Assembly (NCBI GenBank): GCA_964016885.1
Contig: OZ024740.1
Location: 205,530,001-205,594,000 of the forward strand
Source: Eledone cirrhosa
Lineage: Eukaryota
Direction: 5' to 3'
Length of the DNA: 64,000 nt
The notes under the pieces are model-generated. The model was not told the origin of the DNA and did not search any database. It worked only from the letters and a program-made list of their open reading frames with translations. Below are positions 51,291-63,388 of the stretch, piece after piece (position 1 is the first letter of the stretch; each line of letters starts with the position of its first letter). The translations under genes were made by a program, and so were the position numbers.

Positions 51291-51386
51291 GACATATTAC
51301 AATCGTTTCTCTGTCGACCAGCTCGAGGCACAATCGATGTGATGATCGAACCTGACTCTGAAAATCGCAAGGTCCTCAGATACGTC
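51291..51386 (-). ncRNA. Type I hammerhead ribozyme motif with long stem II region
   Basis: Minus strand: GACGTAT-CTGAGGA-(~63 nt)-GAAA-CGATTG-TA-ATATGTC; 7-bp stem I with one G-U pair; followed by AATAAA. Confidence 0.6.
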
Positions 51387-53211
51387 ATGATTCTACGAAG
51401 CAGATTTTCCTAATATATATATATATGAAGGCACATGGCTTCATGGTTAGAGCATCAGGCTTACAATTGTGAGGTTTTCTCGTTCGAGTTGACTCAGCTG
51501 TAGAAATGAGAGGCTGGTATGCATGAGTGACTGCTGGTTTTCCACAGACAACCTTGCTTGGACTTGTACCTCAGAAGAGAACTTTCTAGGTGCAAATTCC
51601 ATGGTCATCCATGACTGAAGGGGGTCTTTACCCTTTATATATAATGTGATTCACTGAATTACTAGTGGTGGTACCAATATGACCATTTGGTCACAGGCTG
51701 ACTGTATGTAATAAGGAAAAAAGTTTTGTTTACATGTATTTATGTCTTTATTGTGAATCGACCTGTTAAACACATTTCACAGATGATTGGCTCAAAGTCA
51801 TGAGCAGATTGATGCTGTAGTTGGGTCCATAACTTCCATGGGTAACCTTGAATCAATCATCTCTGAAATGCATGTAACAGGTTGATACACAATAAAAATA
51901 CAAATACATGTAAGTTACAAACACCAGCTTAACAACAAGAAAGTTATATTACTAGATCATTCTAAATACTAGATCATTTAAAAAATACTTGAAAATAATA
52001 GAAAGTGCCTTTCATTAGAAATAGGGTAACAAAAAGGCTAACCCTTTTGATACCAACCCATCCAAAACTGGCTCTGTTTCTATGAAACAACAACACATTT
52101 TAAAGTGTTCCTTCATAAAACCTTCCAACATAATTCTATAAAGAACATTTTGGTATGTTACAAATATCATCTTAATGAAATTATAAGTTTAGTAAATCCT
52201 TTCCAAATTTTTAATTATATCAATAATTGTTTCTGCTTTTGGCACAAGGTCAGCAATTTGAAGGGCAAGGTAAAGATGATTAAATTGACTCCAATATGTT
52301 ACTAGGACTTTATTTTATTTGCCTCATATGGATGAAATGTAAAGCTAACCTCAGTGAAATTTGAACTCATTAATTAAATAATACAAAGTATTTCATTAGA
52401 AATACAGTAACAAAAGGGTTAATATAACTTGAACTAATCCACATCTGTTCACATGAACTTATGTACCACCTTTCCATGTGACCTTAAGCTTCTCACTATT
52501 TCTCTAAATAATTACACATAAATACAGACCTCATTTGATCCAAGCTGACTTCAACTGCTTGTGCCTGTTGTTGTTGTTGGACCCCTGTTAGCTCTGACGA
52601 CAAGTGTTCCAGTTGTCAGGACAACAAAACAGCCTGCTTAATATGCAAGTGGCTGAACATTCCACAGATGTGTACTCTTAACATAATTCCATAATTTTCA
52701 GGGAGATTGAGTGACAAGACTTGCTCTTTGAATTACAGGTACAACACATTTTTGTCAGCTGAGTGGATTGGAGCAACATGAAATAAAGTGTCTTGCTCAA
52801 GGACACAACATACTGCTGGAAGTTGAATCCATGAACACACTAACCATTAAGCCACATATCTTCACTTGCTTGTGCTTACTCTACAGCTGTATATGTATAT
52901 TAGCACATTCTATTATTCCAGTATATCTTGTCTGTAACTGGGAATTACAAATACAATACAATTAATTATGAATACAATGCATACATTAATAATTCTAATT
53001 AAAACGGGTAGGTATAATTTGCCTTACTTGTTTTGTCAATCCAAACTATATGAGAAAAGATAGGATCAAAAGGAAGTGATATCAAATTTATCATAATTAC
53101 TGATATTTTAGATTGACTTCCTTTGTATCTATGTCACGAGATGTTTGATTTCATAATTAAAACTGATTATAAAGTGTAAAAGTATGTCAAAAGGTTTTAT
53201 ATTAATTAATA

Positions 53212-53631
53212 TTTAGTGAGCTGGTCCCAGGGTTACTTACTCCAGTAAGTACCACCAGATCCCAACTACTAAATTTAATAGAAATATGAGATAGGAAAAT
53301 TTCCATACAATATCATGCCGTGTGAGAATTATCTCTCACTACAAGAAGTAATGACTGAAAGTGTAACGAATTTCTCAAAACGAGTATCAAAAATAACTTG
53401 CATTTATTGTAGTCCATGTTACAAACGTGGTAAACAAATATCCTCGTGGCATAACGAGGTATAATCCTGAACCTTGAGATGTGGTTGGAGAAAGGTTAGC
53501 ATGCTTGCACTCGATGTGGTCAGTTTGAGAAAAGCCGCCAAAAAGAGGAAGATGGATTTCAGTTTCCTCTTTTATAATCCCTTGAACGGAAGTTAAAAGG
53601 AAGGTTCTAGAATTTCAACAGGAAGTAACTC
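53212..53631 (-). repeat. 3' LTR (lacks ~31 terminal bp)
   Basis: Near-identical to 56923-57342; abuts the polypurine tract (GAGAGGGG on the minus strand). Confidence 0.92.
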
Positions 53632-56600
53632 CCCTCTCAGACGAGAAGTTGAATAATCAAACGAAGGTCATTGTAGCGAGAACCCGTAAGAAATGAGGAG
53701 CAAAACAAAAGGTACAAGAAAATGAATGAATAAAACAAAACATGAGCAAGAAAATAGCAAAGGAGCACAAAACAAGTAAATGCATTTTACAAAGAAAAAT
53801 GTGAATGTAACAAACTGATAATTCAAAGTTAATATAAGGGAGCAGAGAAAATTAATGCTCTATGGTAAGTTCAAAGTTTTTTAAAGTTTTTCAAAGTCAA
53901 ATAGTTCATGCATCACCAGTGTACAGGCTTTCTGACACTAGTTCTATCTGAAAACTGAAAAAGAAGTTTGTTAATGCCACTAGGGGTTAGATGTATATTG
54001 TTTTTGAAAGTTTTCATGGCCATTTTACCGTTTGCCACCTCGTGTGACATAAGGTTGTGTGGTATGTGGTGTTTGAGGTGAAGGTGTTGGTGTGGGAGTG
54101 TATGTAAGAAGTATGTCAGGCAGTGTAATGAGACTTTCAGAGAAAGCCTTCTTTGCACTGTTAATGGATATTTTCTCTTTTCGACCATTGACAGCCACTG
54201 TGAAATGTTTGGGTGTGTGCGAAAGCACACGAAAAGGTCCATTGTAGGGTGACGTAAGAGGTCCCTTGACCGAATCATTCCGTATGAAAATGTGTGTCCA
54301 CGTAGAGATGTCCGATGGGACAGCAGAAGAAATAGATTGGTCACGAGGGTTCATCGGTGGAAGATCCGAGAAATACGAACGAATCCTGGTGACATACGAT
54401 GCTGGGTCAAGATGTGATGAATCCACTGGTGCTAACATTTGTCCAGGAAGAGACAATGTGGTACCATAAAGAAGTTCAGCAGAAGAAAAACCTAAATCTG
54501 TCTTAATGGCAGAACGACAACCAAGAAGCACGATTGGCAAAAATTTGGTCCAACGTTGCGGATCAGGAGTAACACAAATCGCTTCTACCTTAGATGGCAA
54601 AGGTTGAATGCCTTCTGAATTTATAAGATGTCCAAGGAATTCCAGTGAATCTGTACCAAACACACATTTAGCTGGGTTGATTCTGACTTGGTACGGTCGG
54701 AGACGTTGAAATAACTGGGATAGATGTTGATGGTGCTCAGCTGAATCACTGGCTATCAGGAGATCATCTACGTAAGCAAACACGAAATCCAATCCACGCG
54801 TGACTTCATTGATAAAACGTTGGAATGTACTAGAGGCATTCCGCAAACCAAAAGGCATGGACAAAAATTCAAACGAACCAAAAGGGTATGTCTTCTGGAT
54901 GCATGGGTATTTGATGGTAAGCGCGTACCAGATCTATTTTAGAAAATATCTTGCATCCATGCAGAACGGATGAAAAATCCTCTAAATTTTGGTAAAGGAT
55001 AACGATCAGGTGTAGTGATAGCATTAAGTCATCTATTATCTCCCACAGGTCTAAAATCCGCCTCACCCTTACAAGCCAAATGAAGCAGAGATGCTCATGG
55101 GCTGGTTCACGGTCGTATAAGATCAAGCTGAAGCATGTGTTCGAACTCATCCCTGGCTTTCTTTAGCCTGTCCGGAGCCAACCTATGTGGACGAGAGAAA
55201 ACAGGCGGAGCAGTTGTTGTAACAAAATGTCGAGTCGAGTGGACTACTTGATTCGGTTTAAATGAAATGTCAGTTTACTCGGGAAACGAGGCAAGAAGTG
55301 AATGAAACTGGTTTCCAGAGGCAGCTATGAAACACGTGGGACTTATGACAGTAGTGGTAGAACCATGAGCAGGCGTAGATAAGGATGTGGTACCATCCAC
55401 AAGTTTCTGTCTCCTGACATCTACCAATAGTGAATAGTGGTGTAAAAAATCAGCACCGAGAATAGGATGAGGTAGGTCCACAACGATGAAAATCCATTTG
55501 AAATCTCGATGCAAAGCTTGGTTTACTGCATACAAGGAAATGCCGGAAAAATTTGGCTTGGTAGAGCTGAACCGAAGAGGCCAAATACTGCAACTATGCC
55601 AAATACTGTGTCGACCATAAATGATTTGTTTGAAACTCGGACTCTGATAAAGAAAGCACGATAAGGAGAATTAATGAGGGAGAGGTCTGTTGTGCCCAGA
55701 CTCCAATTTTAGTTTTCCGAGGTCTTGAATGAGCAGGGCTGAATACAATGTTTCGCCTTTTCACGAAAACGCACGTGATACCAACACAAAGATGAGTTGT
55801 TGGTGGGGAGGTTGGAGCGACGATAAAGAGAAGGAGACCGATTCCGTGAATGCCACCTGGATGGCGCTCGCTCCCGACACAGTTTAGCCACTTGACGAGT
55901 TAACGCGTCAATGGCCCTCAGCATAGAGTCCTCACGAGGTGAAGCAGGCTGTGTTTTAAAAGTAGAAGAAGCGATGAGTGAATCTGCCGAAGTAGGCGCA
56001 CGAGAAAATTCCATTATGCGATCTGCCGAGGCTGCAATTTGGTCCAGAGAACTGGTGTCGACCATATTTGCCAATATGGTCTGCACATTTTTGGCAAACG
56101 GGAGAAGAAGAATTGTTTCACGAAAGAGTTGTCCTCTGCTGTTGAGTCGCTCAGTTCCCGGATGTGCCATAAAAACTGAGACGGGGTTCTATCTCCCAGG
56201 TTTTCCTCCTCCAACAAGGAACGAAATTTGCTCTCAGACGAACGGCTGTTCTGTCTGAGCACTTCTGCCTTTAGGGTTTCGTAAGATGTGCCTTGTGGGG
56301 GATCTGTGATTATGTCTTTAACTGAGGTTGCGAGCGATGCAGGAATTCCACTTATGAGCACGTGTAATCTTTGTTGTGCCGCTTGAACACCGTGGGCAGC
56401 AAAATACAACTTTGCATCACCAGAATATGTCGGTAACGAAGAATTGCTCATGATGAACACTAGCTGCTGAGCGAAAATTTTTTCCAACTGCAGCACACGT
56501 GGTTTAACTTTCATGAACCAGCCAACGACAACACATTTGAAAGGAAAAAAAATTAGCTGTATTTTCAAAATTATATGCACACGTGGTGGTACCATGAATA

Positions 56601-56904
56601 GCTGAAGTAAGATGTAACACCAAGCAAGTAAGATGGTGACTTCAAAACGAGAGCTTGGTTGAATCGACGACACGAGGGACAAAAATTTTGTTTTCTATTC
56701 TTTGTTCGCCCCACACAAACTGACTGAAATAAAACGAATTTCCTGGAGTCGTGAATATTTTTTTTTTTTTCTGTGTAGTTGTTGGGTTTACCATTTTAGC
56801 GGAGTTGTTTAGCAATATTTGTGTAGCAATAAGTTGTGATAGTGTATGAAAATATTTGTCACTACTTTTATACGCTGTTGAATGAATGTATTTGTTTTGC
56901 TGCG

Positions 56905-56920
56905 TATTCGGAGGTCACCA
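56905..56920 (-). other. Primer binding site, tRNA-Trp-like
   Basis: TGGTGACCTCCGAATA immediately inside the 5' LTR; resembles the canonical Trp PBS TGGTGACCCCGAC. Confidence 0.7.
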
Positions 56921-56922
56921 TT

Positions 56923-57373
56923 TTTAGTGAGCTGGTCCCAGGGTTACTTACTCCAGTAAGTACCACTGGATCCCAACTACTAAATTTAATAGAAATATGA
57001 GATAGGAGAATTTTCATACAATATCATGACGTGTGAGAATTATCTCTCACTACAAGAAGTAATGACTGAAAGTGTAACGAATTTCTCAAAACGAGTATCA
57101 AAAATAACTTGCATTTATTGTAGTCCATGTTACAAACGTGGTAAACAAATATCCTCGTGGCATAACGAGGTATAATCCTGAACCTTGAGATGTGGTTGGA
57201 GAAAGGTTAGCATGCTTGCACTCGATGTGGTCAGTTTGAGAAAAGCCGCCAAAAAGAGGAAGATGGATTTCAGTTTCCTCTTTTATAATCCCTTGAACGG
57301 AAGTTAAAAGGAAGGTTCTAGAATTTCAACAGGAAGTAACTCTAGCTACTTCCCTTGTCTAGAGAGCGCTACA
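56923..57373 (-). repeat. 5' LTR
   Basis: Begins TGTAGCG on the minus strand; contains TATAAAA and AATAAA on the minus strand. Confidence 0.93.
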
Positions 57374-58086
57374 AACATATGGACTTGATATTAAAAAATA
57401 TATCAGTGAAGAGAGATGGAATGAGATGGCTAGGTCATTTTATTGAGGAAGGATGGAAGTGATTAGGTGAGAGGAGTGATGGATGTGGAGGGAAAGGAAG
57501 ACCAAGCAAGACATGATGGAGGAGGAAGAATTTAAAATTAAGGTGTTTGTAAAGTGAGGGCTGAGTTGCAGAGGGTAGAGCAAAATGGAGAAGTTTGACA
57601 TGGGGTCTGCAAGACCAATCCCTGCTTTTGTAGGGAAAATGGTCTTGAATGTTGTGATTTTGGCCCATCACCAAGAGTGGGCACTGGATAGCACTGTCCC
57701 CTACGTTTCAATAATGGCCCCTAAGATTTAGAAAATAGAGTTAATAAAAAAAATGTCCTGAAATAAGTTCTTTGAAGTTTTTACTAACTTTTCTTCTCAA
57801 AACCAGAACAAAGAACAAAAATAGATTTAAAAACAAAGTTAACCAAAGAAGTTGGTCCAAAAATTTCTAGGGAATTAGGGTGCCTACCTGGAAAATCCCG
57901 AAGTTAACCAAAGTATCTAAGCCTGACAATGGGCCTATTGCGATTAAGGCAAATTGAAATGAAACAACTACTAACATTTTTTTCAAGTGGTAATAAATAC
58001 TTCTCGTATTTTATGCTTAAATTTGCTCATTAAATATGTATAGTTTAGTATATATTTCTCATTTGTTTTATAATTTCAGACATAAT

Positions 58087-58446
58087 ATGGCTTCTCCACC
58101 ACGTTTTGCATATCTTGATTTGGAAAATAGCCAAAACCAAAACAATAGCAAGACTACTACTAAATCATCCAACAATGAAATACCAGCTGGCACCAGCAGC
58201 TTTATGGAGGTGCTTACCCCTACTACATTTTCCTTAGCTCTTGAAAGCAATGCTGGTATTGACTGTTTTGGGAATGAACGCCATGCTTTGGCCAACCAGG
58301 CCAAATTCTTTAATAACCAGCTTTTAAGTGATATCACATTGGTTGTCGTGAAGAAAAAGTACTTTTGCCATAAATTGATTCTTGTAAAATCAAGCGATGT
58401 ATTTGAACGCATGTTTAGTTCTGACTGGGATAAATCCCAACGGAAG
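58087..58446 (+). CDS. BTB/POZ-BACK domain protein (BTBD17-like architecture), coding exon 1
   Basis: Acceptor TTTCAG|58080, ATG at 58087; FFNNQLLSDITLVV..KYFCHKLILVKSSDVFERMF is the BTB N-terminal half; phase-0 donor AAG|GTAAGT at 58446. Confidence 0.92.
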
Positions 58447-61082
58447 GTAAGTCATTTTTATTTATTTATCTTTCAGGATCTTTACTAATTTCAGTCATAC
58501 TGCAGCCATGCTGGAGCACTGCCTTCAATGGGTCCAGTTGATCATATTGACTCCAGTACTTATTTTATTCAAGTTTCATACTTATATTACCCATCTCACT
58601 TTTTGTTTAACTGCTAAGATGTGGGACATACTAAATGTAAACATAGATATTAGCACCCTCCACACACATTCATATATATATAAATCATCATCACCATTTA
58701 ACATCTATTTTTCCATGCTTGTATGGGTTAGAGGGGTTTCTCCTGTGGTCAGCTGGCTGTGCCGTTCTTTGCTCAAACGAGACTGTATTTTGGCTGGGAT
58801 TTTTACAGCTGGATGTCCTTCTTAACACCAACCATGTTTACTGTGGGGAACTGGGTGGCCCTGTTATGAGACAAGTCTTGCCCAATGGCTGCACCGTACG
58901 TATATATATATATAGGGCTTCTACACAGTTTCTGTCTACCAAATTTCACTCAATGTATTGGTCAACCCGAGGCTATAACAAAAGACATTTGCCCAAAGTG
59001 CTATGTGGTGGAATTGACCCGAAAACCACATTGTTGTGAAGCAAACTCTTTAGCTACTCAGCCATGTCTGGGGAATTGATAGAGTTGGTAGAACATAGGA
59101 CAAGATGTCTTGCAGTATTTGTCCTGGTCTTCTGCACTGTGAATTTAAATCCCACTGACTTCAATTTTGCCATTGATCTTTTCAGAGTCAATAAAGTATC
59201 AGTCCAAGGTGATGGATAGGCAGAATTGTTAGAATGTTGGACAAAATGTTTTGCAGTATTTGTTCTGGCTCTTTGTATTCTGAGCTCAGATCTTGCTGTG
59301 GCCTACTTAGGTGGTAGACTTAACCTGTTGCCTAGTTTAGCACTACCACCTGGGACCTTGGGCACTTTTAATGGAAGTCACTCTGTTCCAAACATTCAGG
59401 CCAGGTATTTGGTTTGAGGATATCTTCCTTCCTTCCACCAGTCTTGGAGGCCTTGCAAAGAGGTTATGACACTGCTCTTCTTTCTCTGGCTAAACAGCAA
59501 AACGAAAAATTAATGTGAAATATAGTGTATGATGAGAAAATTATCATTGCAGTTCTCATCCTACTCTAAAGTTTTGGCTGTAGCACCAACCAGGAATTGA
59601 ACCTGGTTTACAGATTCAGCTCTCTGTTAGCTTACAACAGCTCTGAACTAAGTGCACATGATCTTTTATGTATTTAGACATGTTGATTAAGGAAGATATG
59701 GGCAGATGTGGTGAGAGCAGATCTCAAAAGACTGAACCTCACAGAGATTTCTAAGGACTACAACAAATGGAGGGTAGCTGTGCTGGAAAAGACACACTCA
59801 AACCATGCAAGCATGATAAGGGTAATGATGATGATAACACAGCTTTAGACCATTTGGTTACCCTTTTGATACCAAACTGCCCTGATGTTTTAAATATAAA
59901 AGTGTTTGTGTTTATCATCATATGTCCATTTTCCCTATTAGAAAGGGTTGGATGGGTGCATTTTATTGTGGTATCAGCACCAGGGAAGTTGTCATGTTCT
60001 TTATACAACAGAAGAGTCTTTTCATTAGTGTTTATATTTATATAAAACCTTCCATCATAATTTTATGTAAGAACCTTTGTTATGTTACAAACACCAGCTT
60101 AATAATGAGAAAGTTGGTTATATAACAATCATTAGGGATTTGTCTATTGTTATGACACAAGTATTTTACTAGTATTTGTTGTCACTTTTAGAGAGATGAA
60201 GTAGACACATCATCAGCATCGTTAAACATCCATTTTTCATGCTAGCATGGATAGGACACAGTATGACTGAAGGCTTTACATTAAGATCTCAGGTTTAGTT
60301 CCACTGTATGGGATCTTTGGTGAGTGTCATTTACCATGAACTTGGACTGACCCAAGCCTTCTTGTACATGTAATTCACTGCCAGAGGGAATCTCCCTGGG
60401 ATTTATATTAAGGGTATATGTGTCTGTGGAATGCTCAGCCACTTACATATTAATTTCACAAGCAGACTGTTCCGTTAATAAATCAATTAGAACACTATCA
60501 TAGAAACTGATAGATGTGTATTCCATTCCAGACGGATGAAAGGTAAAATTTATCCTTGTGGAATTTAAAATTATAATTTAGTGGAGTGATAAGATGAAAG
60601 GCATTCAGTCTAGCATTTCACCATTTCTGTTAACTCATGGCCATTCTTTGAAAATAATGGTAAACCCTTGAAATCATGTGTAAGTCTTAAGACTGGTTAA
60701 TTGTTTTGTATATTGGCTAAAATCAGTTCTGTATGAACAAGACATGGTCACCTGACTTAGCATTACCCACAACAGGACAACTCGTTTAACCCTATTTGAT
60801 TTACCTAAGCCCTCATTGATAGTTTTTATAAGTTGTATCTCAGTAGACAGCTAAAGAGAGTATTCAATCACTGATGAAACTCCAACAGGATTGAAACCAG
60901 TCTGGCTGATCCCTTTTTCCTGTCCATGTAGATATTGTATATATAGACTTTTATATTTGTCTATTACACACAGTATTGGCTAAAATCTATAAATATACTC
61001 TCTAGTACAGTACACTATTAGTTTATTAATCCCATGAGAAATCTATCTTATATATATATATTGTTTTTTTAATTTTTTACAG

Positions 61083-62177
61083 GAGATTGAGCTACAAGAG
61101 GACAGTATGTGCGCCACTGTATTTCCACGCTTTCTTAAATTTCTTTACAGCTGTCATGTGCGTCTGAACATTGGCAATACACTTTCCATGCTAATCCTTT
61201 CTGATAAATATAATGTAGAAGACCTTCGTACTGTTTGCATAAACTTTGCCTGCACCTGTATTATTCCGCGACTACAATTGAAAGATGTTTTCCACATATG
61301 GTTCCAATATGGAACAAAGTGTTACCACAAAAAGTTGGTAGAAGCTTGTGTACAAGCACTGTCTGAAAAAATGGATGACATTATGATGTCAGTTGAATGG
61401 GAACAAGAATGGCTGACTATTGAGAGAGATCAGCTTATTGAATTCTTGAAGAGTTCTGAGCTGACCATTAAAGATGAACATGAATTGTGGGAAGCTGTAC
61501 TAAAATGGCTGCTTTCTTCTGAGCATCCTGCAAGAGCTGAAAGTCTCCGAAGTAATGTGAAAACAGTAATTGATCACATTAGGTTCCCTATGATGACTCC
61601 TGATCAATTATGTCAGGTAGAGAACAGTAAGGTTGCTCAGGAACTTCCTGATGTGTTCCAAACCTACTTGATGCAAGCCTACAAATATCATGCCCTCCCT
61701 TTAACCAGTAGAGCCATGATAAAAGAATTCACCTCTGCTAGCTTTTTGCTACGTAACTACACTGATCTTCGTTGGGACAAGCGCGTTATTATTCAACGCT
61801 ACACAGAATGTCAGAAATGTGCTGAAGTCAGTTTCCGCTTCGCTACACGTGCTTCCACATTTCCTGCTCAAACATGGGAGTGGGAACTGAAGATTCATCC
61901 GAAAGGTTTTTCTTCAACTTGTGATGACTTTAGGGCTGTTTTGTACTCCAATCTCATTCTTGATCAACCAAGACCAGTGGAATATTTGCTGTCATTAGTT
62001 GATCGAGAAAAGATTCTGCACTCTGTAAGTGGTAAGAAAAATTTCTCAAAAACTAGGTATACCACTGACACAGAAATGGACAAAAAGATCTCCCTCAGTG
62101 ACCTATCCCAGCCTAACTGCCCCCTCTTGATTGATGATAATCTTGTTCTACAGATTGTTCTTAGGCCAGTTGGATAA
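61083..62177 (+). CDS. BTB/POZ-BACK domain protein, coding exon 2 (BTB C-terminal half, BACK, MATH-like domain)
   Basis: Acceptor TTTTTTACAG|GAG is in frame (EIELQEDSMC..FPRFLKFLYS..LSDKYNV); BACK motifs ELWEAVLKWL and HIRFPMM; stop TAA at 62175-62177; joined product about 484 aa. Confidence 0.95.
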   Translation, partial: EIELQEDSMCATVFPRFLKFLYSCHVRLNIGNTLSMLILSDKYNVEDLRTVCINFACTCIIPRLQLKDVFHIWFQYGTKCYHKKLVEACVQALSEKMDDIMMSVEWEQEWLTIERDQLIEFLKSSELTIKDEHELWEAVLKWLLSSEHPARAESLRSNVKTVIDHIRFPMMTPDQLCQVENSKVAQELPDVFQTYLMQAYKYHALPLTSRAMIKEFTSASFLLRNYTDLRWDKRVIIQRYTECQKCAEVSFRFATRASTFPAQTWEWELKIHPKGFSSTCDDFRAVLYSNLILDQPRPVEYLLSLVDREKILHSVSGKKNFSKTRYTTDTEMDKKISLSDLSQPNCPLLIDDNLVLQIVLRPVG

Positions 62178-63113
62178 ATGTTTGTCTCTTGTTGTTTTGT
62201 AAATGTCTACCCTTGTCCAAAGCTACTCACTTGCTTCTCATCAGCTTTAAAATACTGATACCTACATATAAACATATACATACACATATATAATGATTGA
62301 AATAAGTCTGACAAACCCTTCTTCATTTAAAATCTTATTTTTATTGTTTCTGTTAAAGAAAAGAAAAGATAGAGACTAATGTTGTTTTTTGTTCCCCTGG
62401 TTAGACTTAGAATCAGGCTTAAAATCTTCTAAAAAGGCAGAATTAGTGGCCTATGGCCCTAGTGTAGTAGTTAACATATTCATTTGGTATCCAAGAGATG
62501 TGGGCTGGATTTATCTCAGGAGTCTCTGTCCATTTATCTCATCTCCAGGAGTATTTTACCTGATTTTCTCAACAATTATTATAGTCCTTTCTGCATTTGG
62601 GCGTTCACATTTCTAATTTCATGTATATTTTCCTTAATTGTTTAATGCATTGTACATTCCAATTATACTAAGACCTTGTTGAAGCCAGTAGCAGTTGAGT
62701 CAGTATTGAGGTTTTGCTATGTTAATCAAAGAGATATATTTTTGGATTATGGATACTTTTAAACATATTTCACATTTGAAGTTTTTAGGACTTTTTCTAG
62801 TAACAAGTTTAGTAATTATAAAATTTGTTATTAAAAGTGACGCATTCTTCTGAAAATTTGCTGAAGTAAACAGTCACTATTAATAACAAATATTATATTG
62901 ACTCTGTAAACAGTATATGAGTCCTTCATTTAGTGCATTTATTACACAAACCCATAAAATAAGCATTTATAGATATGTTGATTATTAATTTCACATTGTT
63001 ATGCTCAAAGGTTATTACTGATTTTGTAGTTTCTATACTATTACTGTGGTATTCCAAAACAAAAAGAATATCTCAACTGTTGAATTTATAAACCAGGAAA
63101 AATTTGCAATAAT

Positions 63114-63177
63114 TTAACCCTTTTGACACCAACCCAACCAAAACTGGCTTTGGTTGTACGAAACATGAAAGGGTTAA
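63114..63177. mobile_element. Ultra-short TTAA-flanked element (56 bp)
   Basis: TTAA|CCCTTT...AAAGGG|TTAA; the left end CCCTTTTGA.ACCAACCCA.CCAAAACTGGCT is shared with a longer copy at ~52040. Confidence 0.6.
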
Positions 63178-63239
63178 AAACATTTGATTTAATTCATTGT
63201 TTATATCTGACTTCATGTATATTTATACACTTGCTTTAC

Positions 63240-63388
63240 ATTTAAAATTTCTAGTTATAAATATTAAATAATTATTTATAGAAATTAAATTTCTATAGTT
63301 GTATTAAAAATTAAATAATTATTAACAGAAATAAAATTTCTGTAATTGCATTAGAAATTAAATAATAATTAACAGAAATTAAATTTGA
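63240..63388. repeat. Degenerate ~47-50-bp AT-rich tandem repeat
   Basis: ATTAAATAATTATT..AGAAATTAAATTTCT recurs about 3 times. Confidence 0.65.

Larger units (their letters stand above)
53212..57373 (-). mobile_element. Gypsy/Ty3 LTR retrotransposon, decayed and internally deleted
   Basis: Direct repeats 53212-53631 and 56923-57373; gag (LGDRTPSQFL, CWYH..F..A..C..PC), protease (PILGADFL), RT (FSKIDLVRAYHQIP, MPFGLRNA, YVDDLLI) and integrase C-terminus (PYNGPFRV); PBS and PPT present; flanks AATAT/AACAT. Confidence 0.96.

Noticed and set aside
58036-58086. Upstream ATG of the 150-aa ORF as the BTB start
   Set aside because: Lies in an AT-rich polypyrimidine tract ending TTTCAG; ATG 58087 after the acceptor is more plausible.
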